Of a stretch of DNA of 64,000 nt, positions 18,818 through 30,034 are shown piece after piece (position 1 is the stretch's first letter; each line of letters starts with the position of its first letter). This DNA comes from Patescibacteria group bacterium (GTDB taxonomy: Bacteria > Patescibacteriota > JABMPQ01 > JAQVVF01). Location: positions 321,511 to 385,510 of the forward strand of contig JBAZSC010000001.1 of NCBI GenBank assembly GCA_041662665.1, read 5' to 3'. The position numbers and the translations under genes were made by a program. The notes under the pieces are model-generated. The model ran no database searches and had not been told where the DNA came from. It saw nothing but the letters and a program-made list of their open reading frames with translations.

Positions 18818-20404
18818 ATGGCAGAAACAATATTAGAATCATTAAAAGACAAGATTAAATCTTTTGAAGCGAAAACTAAATTAGATAAAATTGGCATTGT
18901 CACAAAAATCGGTGATGGCATTGCTCAAGTTTATGGCCTTTCCGACTGTGCAAGTTTAGAAATGCTTGAATTTGTAACATCTGAAAATGAATCAGTTTTT
19001 GGTGTTGCTTTGAACTTGGAAGAAGATAATGTTGGTGTCATTATTTTGGGAGATTATCTAAAGATTAAAGAAGGCGATACTGTAAAATCAACTGGTAGAA
19101 TTCTTGAAGTTAACGTCGGCAATAATTTAGTCGGTCGTGTTGTTAATGCATTAGGCGAGCCAATTGATGGCAAAGGTGAGATTAAAGCAGATAAGAATTA
19201 TCCAATTGAAAAAATTGCTCCTGGCGTTTTGGCCAGACAAAATGTTGATACCCCAGTTCAAACTGGTATTAAAGCTATTGATTCAATGATTCCTGTTGGT
19301 CGAGGACAAAGAGAATTAATTATTGGTGATCGTCAAACTGGAAAGACAGCTATTGCTTTGGATACAATTATTAATCAAAAAGGAAAAAATTTGATTTGTA
19401 TCTATGTTGCTATCGGCCAGAAAGAATCGAAGATTGCTAGAATTGTTAACGAGTTAGAAAAGAATGGTGCTATGGAGCACACAATTGTTGTTGTTGCTGG
19501 TGCATCTGATCCAGCTCCATTATGGTATATTGCACCATACACAGGTTGCGCAATGGGCGAGTATTTTATGGATAACAAAAAAGATGCTTTAATTATTTAT
19601 GATGATTTATCCAAGCATGCTTGGGCTTATCGTCAGATTTCATTATTACTTAGACGTCCACCAGGTCGCGAAGCTTATCCAGGCGATATTTTTTATCTTC
19701 ACTCCAGACTTTTGGAAAGAGCAGCTCGTCTTAATGAAAAATTAGGCGGAGGCTCATTAACGGCTCTTCCAATCATTGAAACTCAAGCTGGTGATATGTC
19801 TGCTTATATTCCTACAAACGTTATTTCTATTACTGATGGCCAGATTATTTTGGAATCAGATCTATTTTATGCAGGTACACGTCCAGCTGTAAATCCAGGT
19901 CTTTCAGTTTCACGTGTCGGTTCAGCTGCTCAAACAAAAGCCATGAAAAAAGTTGCTGGCAAAATCAGATTGGACTTGGCTCAATTTAGAGAATTAGCTG
20001 CTTTTGCTCAATTTGGTTCTGAATTAGACAAAGAAACACAAAACAAATTAGAGCGAGGTAAAAGAGTTACAGAAATTTTGAAGCAAGGACAATATAGTCC
20101 GCTTTCAGTTGGCAATCAAGTTACAATTATTTTTGCTGCCACAAAAGGTTTATTGGATGATATTAAGGTTGAAAAAGTCGCTGAATTTGAAAGTAAATTG
20201 CATGAAAATTTCAATAATGAAAGAAAAGAATTATTAAAAAAGATTGAAGAAACAAAAGATTTCGATACTGTTGAACCAGAATTAATTTCTGCAATTGAAG
20301 ATTTCAAAAAGAATGTTGTTCCAAAAGAATGGTTTGTTGTAAAAGAATCCGCCTCCGCTGATGCTTCGGCGGACAAGGAAGAAAAGCAAGATGAGAAAAA
20401 ATAA
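18818..20404 (+). CDS. atpA: F0F1 ATP synthase subunit alpha (with an acidic C-terminal extension)
   Basis: Walker A motif GDRQTGKT, plus the [20 protein letters not shown] block. Confidence 0.95.
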   Translation: MAETILESLKDKIKSFEAKTKLDKIGIVTKIGDGIAQVYGLSDCASLEMLEFVTSENESVFGVALNLEEDNVGVIILGDYLKIKEGDTVKSTGRILEVNVGNNLVGRVVNALGEPIDGKGEIKADKNYPIEKIAPGVLARQNVDTPVQTGIKAIDSMIPVGRGQRELIIGDRQTGKTAIALDTIINQKGKNLICIYVAIGQKESKIARIVNELEKNGAMEHTIVVVAGASDPAPLWYIAPYTGCAMGEYFMDNKKDALIIYDDLSKHAWAYRQISLLLRRPPGREAYPGDIFYLHSRLLERAARLNEKLGGGSLTALPIIETQAGDMSAYIPTNVISITDGQIILESDLFYAGTRPAVNPGLSVSRVGSAAQTKAMKKVAGKIRLDLAQFRELAAFAQFGSELDKETQNKLERGKRVTEILKQGQYSPLSVGNQVTIIFAATKGLLDDIKVEKVAEFESKLHENFNNERKELLKKIEETKDFDTVEPELISAIEDFKKNVVPKEWFVVKESASADASADKEEKQDEKK

Positions 20405-20430
20405 TTTTTTTAAAAAATAGCTAAAAAAAT

Positions 20431-20799
20431 ATGGGAGAAGGAGAACCAAAAGAATTACCTAAAGAAATATACTCAGAAAATAGAAAAAAGATTCTGGAAT
20501 GCAAAAAATGGATAGAGGTTTTTCGTGAGCAAATAGATGGAGTATTGCAAAAAATTGAAGAGACCCAAAATGAAATGCAACAAATGTTAGAATCTGGTAG
20601 TGAGCTTTCTATTAATACAGAAAAAGGCAAAGAAAGATTTTCAGATTATCAGCAACGTTCCATTGATGGCTTGAAAGAATTATTAGAAGTATCCAAAAAG
20701 GAAAAAGAAAATCAAGAAAGATTACTTCAATATTTAGAAGAACAAGAAAAATATCTTACGGAGTTAGCAACTAGTGTTAGCGATCAGCAGAGTAATTAA
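20431..20799 (+). CDS. Hypothetical coiled-coil protein inserted between atpA and atpG
   Basis: 122-aa E/K/Q-rich ORF with no recognisable domain. An ORF at this position in the operon is unusual. Confidence 0.45.
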   Translation: MGEGEPKELPKEIYSENRKKILECKKWIEVFREQIDGVLQKIEETQNEMQQMLESGSELSINTEKGKERFSDYQQRSIDGLKELLEVSKKEKENQERLLQYLEEQEKYLTELATSVSDQQSN

Positions 20800-20894
20800 T
20801 TTATTTCTTAAAATAAAGGTTTTAAGAAATTAAAAATTTGTATTTTAAATTTATTTAGGGTTTAGGATTTATAGTTTGGAATTTTTATAATAAT

Positions 20895-21809
20895 ATGGCC
20901 TCAACTAGAGATATCAAAAGAAGAATAAAATCAATTAATAACACTCGCCAGATCACCAAAGCAATGCAGATGGTTTCTGCTGCTAAGATGAAAAAAGCGC
21001 AAGTGGCTGCTTTGCGTACTCGATATTATGCAAATACTGCACTAGAAGTTTTAGGAAGCATATCAGAAAATATGCAAAAAGGAGCTCATCCATTATTGAA
21101 TAAAAGAGATGTTAAAAAAATATTGTTGATTATTATTTCTCCTGACAAAGGTCTTTGTGGCGGATTAAATTCAAATCTTTTCAAAAAAGTTTTAAAATTT
21201 TTAGACAAAGCCAAAAAAGAAAACAAAGAATTAGATTTTATTTGTGTTGGCAAAAAGGGAATTGATTTTGCTAAAAAAATTGGCAATATTATTGCTGAAT
21301 ATGAAAAAATTGGCGATAAAATTAAAATTACTGATGCCACTTCCATTGCCCAAATTCCAATCAATAATTTTACGAATTCGAAATACGATCAAGTTAATAT
21401 TATTTTTACCGAATATGTTTCGACTCTGAAGCAAGAAGCTCGAGAACAACAGATTTTGCCATTCGAAAAAGACAAATTGATTGACCTGACAAAAGCTGGT
21501 AAAAAAGAAGAAGAAAAAATTGAAGAAAAGATTTTAAATAAATCAAAAGCAGATTACCTTTTTGAACCATCAGCCAGACAAATTTTAGCAACTTTATTGC
21601 CAAGATTAGTTGATATGCAAGTTTATCAAGCAATTGTTGAATCAAATGCTTCAGAACATTCTGCCAGAATGGTTGCCATGCAAAATGCGTCTGAAAATGC
21701 AAAAGACATGATTGCAGATTTAAGCTTCACATATAATCAAGCTCGCCAAGCAAACATTACTCGCGAATTATCAGAAATCACTGCTGGTGCCGAGGCATTG
21801 AAGAAATGA
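20895..21809 (+). CDS. atpG: F0F1 ATP synthase subunit gamma
   Basis: N-terminus RDIKRRIKSINNTRQITKAMQMVSAAKM and C-terminus ITRELSEITAGAEAL. Confidence 0.9.
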   Translation: MASTRDIKRRIKSINNTRQITKAMQMVSAAKMKKAQVAALRTRYYANTALEVLGSISENMQKGAHPLLNKRDVKKILLIIISPDKGLCGGLNSNLFKKVLKFLDKAKKENKELDFICVGKKGIDFAKKIGNIIAEYEKIGDKIKITDATSIAQIPINNFTNSKYDQVNIIFTEYVSTLKQEAREQQILPFEKDKLIDLTKAGKKEEEKIEEKILNKSKADYLFEPSARQILATLLPRLVDMQVYQAIVESNASEHSARMVAMQNASENAKDMIADLSFTYNQARQANITRELSEITAGAEALKK

Positions 21810-21909
21810 TGTGTTAGTCACTAATATCTTAATATCCGAATTTCCGAATATCTTCGTGTTTAAATAATGAGATATTAAGAAATTCGGAAATTAAGAAATT
21901 ATAATTTAA

Positions 21910-23292
<1,383 letters not shown>

Positions 23293-23293
23293 C

Positions 23294-23403
23294 TAAATCC
23301 CAAATTACAAATTCCAAACAAATTACAAATAACAAGCCACAAAATAATTTTTGTAATTTGTATTTTGGATATTGTAATTTGTTTGGGATTTGAAATTTGT
23401 AAT
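23294..23403. repeat. Word-built inverted repeat (aaattac/aaatccc/aaattcc words) after atpD
   Basis: ctaaatcccaaattacaaattccaaacaaattacaaat... faces ...tgtaatttgtttgggatttgaaatttgtaatt. Pairing is imperfect and operates at the level of words. Confidence 0.7.
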
Positions 23404-23413
23404 TTTTTATAAA

Positions 23414-23839
23414 ATGTCTAAATTAATTTTAGAAATCATCAGTTTAGAAAAGCAGGTTTTTAATAACGAAGTTGACTCCGTTATTTTGCCAACCGAAGAA
23501 GGTGAGATCGGAATTTTGCCAAACCATGTCCATTTAGTTACCTCATTAGCTCCTGGAGAAATCAAAATTAAGCAAGGCAATGAAGAAACGGTTTTGGCTT
23601 GTTCTGGAGGTTTTGCGCAAATTAATCCAGATAAGGCAATTGTTTTAGCTGATGCTGCCGAACACGCCGAAGAAATTGATGAACAAAAAGCAGAAGAAGC
23701 GATAAAAAAAGCCAAAGAAACAATGGCAAAGAAAGATTTGAAAAAAGAAGAATATGAAGAAGCAGCTGCTGAAGTTCGTCGTTCATTGGCTAGACTTAAG
23801 GTTGTCAAGAAAAGAAGATCAAAGAAAGCCTATCGTTAA
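23414..23839 (+). CDS. atpC: F0F1 ATP synthase subunit epsilon
   Basis: The start is moved to the internal MSKLILEIIS. The ILPNHVHLVTSL motif and operon position support the call. Confidence 0.85.
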   Translation: MSKLILEIISLEKQVFNNEVDSVILPTEEGEIGILPNHVHLVTSLAPGEIKIKQGNEETVLACSGGFAQINPDKAIVLADAAEHAEEIDEQKAEEAIKKAKETMAKKDLKKEEYEEAAAEVRRSLARLKVVKKRRSKKAYR

Positions 23840-23965
23840 AATCCCAAATAACAAATCCCAAAAAACAAACAAATCACAAATTCCAAATCACAAACCTTCG
23901 CAGTCAACTTTTGTAATTTGTTTTTTGTAATTTGTTTGGGATTTGGGATTTGTAATTTTATTTTT

Positions 23966-24403
23966 ATGCCATACAATTTTATCAACGAACATCACGCCGA
24001 AGCAGCTGCATTATTTTGCATAGATTTTAGATTTAAAGATGCAGTAATCAAATTCTTAAGTCAAGAATTAAAATTAAAAAAAGCAGATATTATTGTTTTG
24101 GCTGGCGCTTCAAAAAATTTTGCTGATCCAAAAGATTTGGCCAATAAAAAAACAGCTTTGACTCAATTAGAAATTTCAGCAAAATTGCACGGCATTAAAA
24201 AAATTATTTTAATTGATCATGCTGATTGCGGTGCTTATGGCGGATTAAAAGCTTTTAACAATGATGCAGAATTAGAAAAAAAAGCTCATCTCAAAAATCT
24301 AAAAAAAGCGCAGAGCATTTTATCAAAGAAATTTAAAAGCATTGAAATAATTTTGTATTTCGCAAATCTTAAAAACAAAAAAATAATATTTGAGAAAGCC
24401 TAG
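23966..24403 (+). CDS. Hypothetical protein
   Basis: The start is moved to MPYNF because the upstream part of the track ORF overlaps a word hairpin. It contains IDHADCGAYGG. I assign no family. Confidence 0.5.
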   Translation: MPYNFINEHHAEAAALFCIDFRFKDAVIKFLSQELKLKKADIIVLAGASKNFADPKDLANKKTALTQLEISAKLHGIKKIILIDHADCGAYGGLKAFNNDAELEKKAHLKNLKKAQSILSKKFKSIEIILYFANLKNKKIIFEKA

Positions 24404-24511
24404 TTACAGAAACTTATAACTGTCAACTGTTAACTTATAACTTTGCGGTTATTAACACCTGACAAAAAGTAATAAATATGTTATTTTAAATTTATCTACA
24501 AAGATAATTTT

Positions 24512-25096
24512 ATGTTAACAAAAAAAGACCTAAAAGAAATACTTAAAGAAGAATTTGATAAAAGAGATAAAAAATTAGATCAAAAGTTTGAAAAATCAGA
24601 AAATAAATTTGATCAAAAACTTAGTATTTTAGAAAAAAATTTTGATAACAAGCTAGATCTATTTGAGAAAAATATTGATATAAAATTAGGCGTTTTTCAG
24701 AAAAATGTTGATAAGAAGCTAGGTGTATTTGAGAATAAGATGGACAACAAAATTGATAATTTAGCTTTAATTGTCAAAAAAGGCTTTGATCAAGTTGATG
24801 AAAATTTCAAACTAGTATACAAAAAATTTGAACAAATTGATAAAGAATTTAGGCAGATCAGTAAACGATTTGACAATATGAACGTAGAGATATCTGAAAT
24901 TAAACAAAAAATAGAAATTATCGAATTAAGATTAACAAGTATTTCAAGCAAATTAGAACAATTAGAACGAGATGATTATAGAATCTCAAAAACAGAACAA
25001 GACGATGTTGATGTCTTAGCTTCAGATTTAGAGAATGTAAAAGGCAAAGTCAATGGTTTGGCATTACAAGTAAAAAAAATAGCTTTAAAACAATAA
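24512..25096 (+). CDS. Coiled-coil protein with ~11-aa periodic repeats
   Basis: Reiterated xKNxDxKLxxFE units (EKNFDNKLDLFEKNIDIKLGVFQKNVDKKLGVFENKMDNKID). Confidence 0.55.
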   Translation: MLTKKDLKEILKEEFDKRDKKLDQKFEKSENKFDQKLSILEKNFDNKLDLFEKNIDIKLGVFQKNVDKKLGVFENKMDNKIDNLALIVKKGFDQVDENFKLVYKKFEQIDKEFRQISKRFDNMNVEISEIKQKIEIIELRLTSISSKLEQLERDDYRISKTEQDDVDVLASDLENVKGKVNGLALQVKKIALKQ

Positions 25097-25113
25097 TTAA
25101 TAAATTTTAAAAC

Positions 25114-26316
25114 ATGGACAAAAAACCAAGTTTAGACATTAAATCAGGAAAAACATTTCAAATGAAACCAACTTTAAATTCAAAAGAAGTTATTAAATCT
25201 GATCAAAAAGCTGATCCTAAAAAATCAGATCAAGTTGTAAAAAAACCAAACAAGATTATTCAATTCTTCAAAGACAATCGCTGGGCACAAATTGTCGGAA
25301 TTATCGTTGCAGTTTTATTATTAATTGGAATTGGTTTCGGTATCTATTGGCTTATTACAAAAGACAAAGGAGTAACATTCCAAGAACAGCTCAAGATGGC
25401 AAAAGATCAGCCAAAAGAAATGGCAAGACGACTTGATGGAGTTATCGTGCCAACTGCTGATGCTAATAAATATCCTGTAGCAGTAATGATTGAAAATCTT
25501 GTTGATGTCCGTCCACAGCACGCATTAAGCCAAGCTCAAGTTGTTTATGAAACAGTTGTTGAAGGTAATATTACTAGATTCATGGCGCTTTATGCTGGAA
25601 ATCAGGCCGACGAAATTCATCCTGTCAGATCAGCTCGCCCATATTACTTGCAATGGGCTTCAGAATATGATGCGCTATATGCTCATTGCGGCGGTTCTCA
25701 AGAAGCTCTTGATGCAATTCTAAGTTTTGGCATCAAAGATCTAGATCAGATTGGCGCTGGCGCTCCATATTTCTGGAGAGGCGAAGGCGAAGCTCCTCAT
25801 AATCTTTTTGCATCAACAAAAACTTTAAATTTAGCCTTGCGTGACCGAAAATTAGATACAGTCAAGCCAAAATATGATTCCTGGAAATTCAAAGATGAAA
25901 TCAGAAAAGAAAATCGTCCAACAACAATTCAAGATATTAAAATTAATTTTGCTGGCGATTATTCAGTAGAATACAAGTATGATCCAGAAACAAATACTTA
26001 TCTTCGTTTCAATCCAATTGGTGTTGAGCACAAAGACGCAGTCAATGACAGCCAGATTGCTCCAAAAAATGTTGTAATTCAATATGTTCCAAAAGAACAA
26101 GTTATGGATGATTATGGCAGATTGCAATTAGTCGTAACGGGCGAGGGCAAGGTTCAAGTTTTCCGCGATGGCGAAATGGTAGAAGGAGCTTGGAAGAAAA
26201 ATAGCAGAACTGACAGAACAAAATTCTACGATTCTACAGGTTCAGAAATAAAACTAAATCGCGGCCAGACTTGGATCACAGTTGTGCCTGACGGTTTCAG
26301 TGTCGAAGTCCTGTAA
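25114..26316 (+). CDS. DUF3048-domain membrane-anchored protein (YerB-like)
   Basis: VAVMIENLVDVRPQHALSQAQVVYETVVEGNITRFMALY is characteristic of DUF3048. Confidence 0.7.
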   Translation: MDKKPSLDIKSGKTFQMKPTLNSKEVIKSDQKADPKKSDQVVKKPNKIIQFFKDNRWAQIVGIIVAVLLLIGIGFGIYWLITKDKGVTFQEQLKMAKDQPKEMARRLDGVIVPTADANKYPVAVMIENLVDVRPQHALSQAQVVYETVVEGNITRFMALYAGNQADEIHPVRSARPYYLQWASEYDALYAHCGGSQEALDAILSFGIKDLDQIGAGAPYFWRGEGEAPHNLFASTKTLNLALRDRKLDTVKPKYDSWKFKDEIRKENRPTTIQDIKINFAGDYSVEYKYDPETNTYLRFNPIGVEHKDAVNDSQIAPKNVVIQYVPKEQVMDDYGRLQLVVTGEGKVQVFRDGEMVEGAWKKNSRTDRTKFYDSTGSEIKLNRGQTWITVVPDGFSVEVL

Positions 26317-26331
26317 TTCGCGAATTGCACG

Positions 26332-26346
26332 AATGCCTTAAGACCA
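26332..26346 (-). repeat. Copy 1 of the 15-mer palindromic core TGGYCTTAAGGCATT (inverted on the plus strand)
   Basis: The plus strand reads aatgccttaagacca, embedded in the words cgaattgcac / ctaatctcacgaat. It starts 16 nt after the DUF3048 stop codon. Confidence 0.7.
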
Positions 26347-26411
26347 CTAATCTCACGAATATATAAAACCACGCTTTAAGCGTGGTTTTTAGTTTGATTT
26401 TTGATACAAAA

Positions 26412-26440
26412 TTGACAAAAATAATGTTAAGTGTTATACT
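26412..26440 (+). promoter_or_regulatory. Sigma70-type promoter of the NYN cassette
   Basis: TTGACA (26412-26417), a 17-nt spacer, then TATACT (26435-26440). Confidence 0.6.
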
Positions 26441-26483
26441 CAAAAATACTGTTATCGTGGTCCAGGGAAGGAGGAAAGACAGA

Positions 26484-27383
26484 ATGGAAAAGGACGCACA
26501 ACCTCGTATCGCTCTTTTTATCGACTTTGATAATATGCTTGATTTTCTTACTCCTGATTCAATTTCCAGATTACTAAATAAGCTTCGTGATCTTGGTAGA
26601 ATAGAGCATGCAGGAATTTATACTGATGTTTGTTTTGTTGCGAACTCCGGTAAAACAAAAGACTATGGAATCATTCTTCGTGCCTATGAACAGGGTTGTA
26701 AAATCTTTCATTGCCCAAAGCTAAATGGTCGAGAAAAGCCGAAAGATACAGTGGATGAGAATATTATCACTGATATCCATACGTTGCTTGAAACTCGACC
26801 TGACATTAGTCACTTTGTTCTCGCTTCCCATGATTCAAATTTTCTTAGGTCTGCAAATGCAGTTAGTTTTCGAGGTAAAAATCTTGTTGTTGTCATGAAT
26901 GATCCAGCAGGTAATAGGAGACTAGAACAAATTGCGGATGATGTCATTTTTCTAAGTGAGCTAGAAACGCCAGAAAATAAGGAACCAGCCCCTCCGAATA
27001 ATCCCTTGGCTGAATTCTTAAACCAAAGATTTGCAGATCCAGAAAGCCTATACAAAGCTGTGAGAGAACTTGGCCTCAACAAAAACGATAGGTTAAGACT
27101 TGCCCTAGATGCTGTAATTAATATTAATAGTATGCCTCAAGGAGAATATCCTTACAAATACCTTGTAGATTACCTAGCTCATCAGGGTCAATTCACTTTT
27201 GCTCAGCGAACAGATGAAGGCGCAATTAGAGGTGCGATAAATGATTTGATCGGTTGTAACATTTTACTCAGACAAACAAAACCTGATTTCAAATTCTATG
27301 TTCTAGATCCAACTCATATGTTTGTAATCGTCGCACTCAATTCTGTACATCTTGAAGTCCTCAAAGCTCTTTTGCAAGATTAG
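26484..27383 (+). CDS. NYN-domain (LabA-like) putative RNase; SD-led cassette gene
   Basis: Start reassigned to MEKDAQPRIALFIDFDNM, preceded by gggaaGGAGGaaagacaga. The IALFIDFDN and VLASHDSNF motifs are typical of NYN/LabA. The stop codon lies inside the hairpin agattag..ctaatct plus T-run. Confidence 0.7.
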   Translation: MEKDAQPRIALFIDFDNMLDFLTPDSISRLLNKLRDLGRIEHAGIYTDVCFVANSGKTKDYGIILRAYEQGCKIFHCPKLNGREKPKDTVDENIITDIHTLLETRPDISHFVLASHDSNFLRSANAVSFRGKNLVVVMNDPAGNRRLEQIADDVIFLSELETPENKEPAPPNNPLAEFLNQRFADPESLYKAVRELGLNKNDRLRLALDAVININSMPQGEYPYKYLVDYLAHQGQFTFAQRTDEGAIRGAINDLIGCNILLRQTKPDFKFYVLDPTHMFVIVALNSVHLEVLKALLQD

Positions 27384-27401
27384 ATCTACTCTAATCTTTT
27401 T

Positions 27402-28274
27402 TTATACCCAAATTATCATCACTCTCTCACATCCTCCTAAATCATTTTTGATTTCATATTTTGCTTCTGGCATTTTTTCTTTAACCAGATTTATCATTTT
27501 GTCTTTAAAAACTGGATCAATCTCAAAAAATATAATGCCATTTTTATTCAGATATCTTGGCGCTTGATCTAGTAATTCAGAATACAAAGTTGTTTCTTCT
27601 TTTACAATCAAAGCGGTTTTTGGTTCAAATTTTCTGACATCTTCTTCAGTTAAATCTAATTGTTCAACTGTAATATATGGTAAATTAGCGCAAATTATGT
27701 CAACTTTATTTTCAAGTAATGGTTCTAATAAATTTCCTTGCAATAACTCAACATTTGCTTTATTTTTTTCAACATTTATTTTTGCAACTTCTAGAGCATC
27801 ATAAGATAAATCAATTGCAAAAATTTTAGCATTTTCCAAATTTTTAGCCAGGCTTACAGCAATACATCCAGATCCAGTTCCGACGTCAGCAATTTTTAAT
27901 TCAAGTCTCGAAGACGCTCGGCTTTCTCCGGAAAAAGCCGAGCGTCTTAGTTTTTGTTCACGAATTACTTCTTCAACGAGTATTTCAGTTTCAGGTCTTG
28001 GAATTAAAACTCGTTTATCAACGTAAAAATTTAGTCCGAAAAATTCTTTATTATTAATAATATAGGCAATTGGCTCATGTTTCTTTCTTCTTTCTAAAAG
28101 CTGATTAAATTGTTCAATTTGTTTTTCGTTTAATTCAATTTCAGAATTCGCAAATAAATATTCTTTATTTTTTTTCAAAACAAAAGATAACAAAATTTCG
28201 CAATCCAAATCTGGAGAAGAAGAAATGCCTTTTAATTCTTTTATCGATTTATTTAATAAATTTTTTATAGACAT
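27402..28274 (-). CDS. prmC: Release factor glutamine N5-methyltransferase
   Basis: IADVGTGSGCIA SAM motif and the ICANLPY (NPPY-like) motif. It lies downstream of prfA. Confidence 0.85.
   Translation of the reverse strand: MSIKNLLNKSIKELKGISSSPDLDCEILLSFVLKKNKEYLFANSEIELNEKQIEQFNQLLERRKKHEPIAYIINNKEFFGLNFYVDKRVLIPRPETEILVEEVIREQKLRRSAFSGESRASSRLELKIADVGTGSGCIAVSLAKNLENAKIFAIDLSYDALEVAKINVEKNKANVELLQGNLLEPLLENKVDIICANLPYITVEQLDLTEEDVRKFEPKTALIVKEETTLYSELLDQAPRYLNKNGIIFFEIDPVFKDKMINLVKEKMPEAKYEIKNDLGGCERVMIIWV
27911..27948. repeat. 38-bp GC-rich near-perfect palindrome inside the prmC coding sequence
   Basis: aagacgctcggctttctccggaaaaagccgagcgtctt. It encodes ...SAFSGESRASSRL... just upstream of the SAM-binding motif. 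Confidence 0.8.
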
Positions 28275-28310
28275 TTTATTATTATGTTATTTTTAATTTT
28301 ATTATTCGCA

Positions 28311-29480
28311 TTATCCGATCCAATACCAGTTCGCGAGCATTACAGTAAACAAACTTAACATCATTGAAAATAGCATGATTATAAAATAATTTAACCATTC
28401 TCTTTTTATTGTAAATTTGGCAAGCAGAATAAAGACTGGAAATAAAACTAATGTAAATCTGGTCATAGAAATTAACGATCCAGTCAAGAAGGGAATTAAC
28501 AATGCCAAAAAACAATATAATCCATAAGACTTTCTTAATCTAAAAAATACAACAATAGATAAAATTAAAAAAGTTATAAAAAAGAAAAATTCAAAATCAT
28601 TTCTTAAAGAAAAAGCAAAATTTTGCGAAGGTTGAAAAATATCGTGGACATGATTTTTCAGATCAATCCATATGCCCCAAAAATCAAATCCAATCTTTCT
28701 GTCCCAAGCAGTTTGCGCCTGCATAAATAAAAAAGCATTTTTAAATTTGATCCATAAAAACAGCATATAACTTGCAAGACCAGCAGGCACCAGCAAAGTC
28801 CATAAAATATCTAATTTAATTTCTTTAAAACTAAATTTTCTTTGTTCAATATATTCTAAAATTAAAACCAGAAACAAGATAATGCCAATTGGACGACATG
28901 TGGCTACAAAAAAACCAAAGCTTGAAGCAATCGCAAATCTTCTAGTTCTCGCAAAATACAAACAAGCAACAGCTAAAAATATAAATAATGATTCAGTATA
29001 AATTGATGCCAGAAAAATCGCAGTTGGAAAAATCAAAAAATAAAAAACAGATTTTAGCGCAGAATTATTATCTTGCAATTCAATCTTAGCGAGCTTATAC
29101 AAAAAATAACAAACGCCAAAAGTAGCTAGCGTTGAAATGATTATTCCAGAAATTACTTGAGATTGAAAAACATAACTAAATATTTTAATCAACAACGGAT
29201 AAAGAGGGAAGAAAGCAGTATTGTACAAATTTTTTGCTTGATCAAAAAAATAACCAGATTTAGCAATTTCCAAATAAAAACCAGAATCCCATTTTACAAA
29301 ATACTGCAAAAATTCTGGTAGTTTATCAATAGACCAAGGACTTAAATGATCATAAGCATTATCTGTTGATAAAAAAAGTCTATATTTACCAAGAAAAGCA
29401 ATAAATTGTACAACAACACGCCAACCAATAAATAACAGAATGATGTTCCAGATTTCTTTTTTTGTTAGTTTTTGTTTCAT
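28311..29480 (-). CDS. Polytopic membrane protein, probable glycosyltransferase (PMT_2/mannosyltransferase-like)
   Basis: About 390 aa with many TM helices. The start is moved to MKQKLTKKEIWN because the track start overlaps the divergent promoter. The family call is tentative. Confidence 0.55.
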   Translation of the reverse strand: MKQKLTKKEIWNIILLFIGWRVVVQFIAFLGKYRLFLSTDNAYDHLSPWSIDKLPEFLQYFVKWDSGFYLEIAKSGYFFDQAKNLYNTAFFPLYPLLIKIFSYVFQSQVISGIIISTLATFGVCYFLYKLAKIELQDNNSALKSVFYFLIFPTAIFLASIYTESLFIFLAVACLYFARTRRFAIASSFGFFVATCRPIGIILFLVLILEYIEQRKFSFKEIKLDILWTLLVPAGLASYMLFLWIKFKNAFLFMQAQTAWDRKIGFDFWGIWIDLKNHVHDIFQPSQNFAFSLRNDFEFFFFITFLILSIVVFFRLRKSYGLYCFLALLIPFLTGSLISMTRFTLVLFPVFILLAKFTIKREWLNYFIIMLFSMMLSLFTVMLANWYWIG

Positions 29481-29524
29481 ATATTTTAAAAAAATGTTTT
29501 GACTTAATCGGTTTAGTAAAAAAC

Positions 29525-29553
29525 TTGACATTTACATAGCTGTATGCTATAAT
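29525..29553 (+). promoter_or_regulatory. Consensus sigma70-type promoter of the Cys-rich lipoprotein cassette
   Basis: TTGACA (29525-29530), a 17-nt spacer, then TATAAT (29548-29553). Confidence 0.65.
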
Positions 29554-29593
29554 TAAAAAAGTTCAATCCAGCTGCAGCAGAGGAGGAAAGAAG

Positions 29594-29968
29594 ATGAGAA
29601 GAACACTAATAGCAGTGATTTTCTTCAATCTCATTGGATTTGGTTTTGGTTGTACTCTCAAACCACAGCAATGCCCGTCACAAGGTCTTAAGATTGATGA
29701 AGGACAAGAAAAAAAAAGCTTGCTCATTGTTGAAGAAGCAAAAACTAGCGATTGTTGTGATCCCATTACCCATGGATTGATGAGTACGATTCACGGACGA
29801 GAAACCTATTTCTTTGATAGTTGTCATGGAGACAAGCCATTATATCCTCTTTGCAAGTTTTCTGCAAAGCGCGAATGTTGCGACCGTGCAACAGGACGAT
29901 GGGTTGGTTCTGACGGTTATCTTTCGACGCTTGTAACATGTAGTGGAACAGTTTTTTGTACTTTGTAA
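29594..29968 (+). CDS. Small Cys-rich secreted/lipoprotein; SD-led cassette gene
   Basis: SD agaGGAGGaaagaag precedes the ATG. The signal peptide MRRTLIAVIFFNLIGFGFGC has a lipobox-like Cys, and there are about 10 further Cys residues. The terminator gggccaatgtggctc plus T-run follows. Confidence 0.65.
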   Translation: MRRTLIAVIFFNLIGFGFGCTLKPQQCPSQGLKIDEGQEKKSLLIVEEAKTSDCCDPITHGLMSTIHGRETYFFDSCHGDKPLYPLCKFSAKRECCDRATGRWVGSDGYLSTLVTCSGTVFCTL

Positions 29969-30012
29969 GGGCCAATGTGGCTCTTTTTTTCTATAAAAAT
30001 TGGTGCAATTCG

Positions 30013-30027
30013 AGGCCTTAAGGCATT
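30013..30027 (+). repeat. Copy 2 of the 15-mer palindromic core
   Basis: aggccttaaggcatt, flanked by gtgcaattcg and agtgagattag. It abuts the prfA stop codon. Confidence 0.7.
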
Positions 30028-30034
30028 AGTGAGA

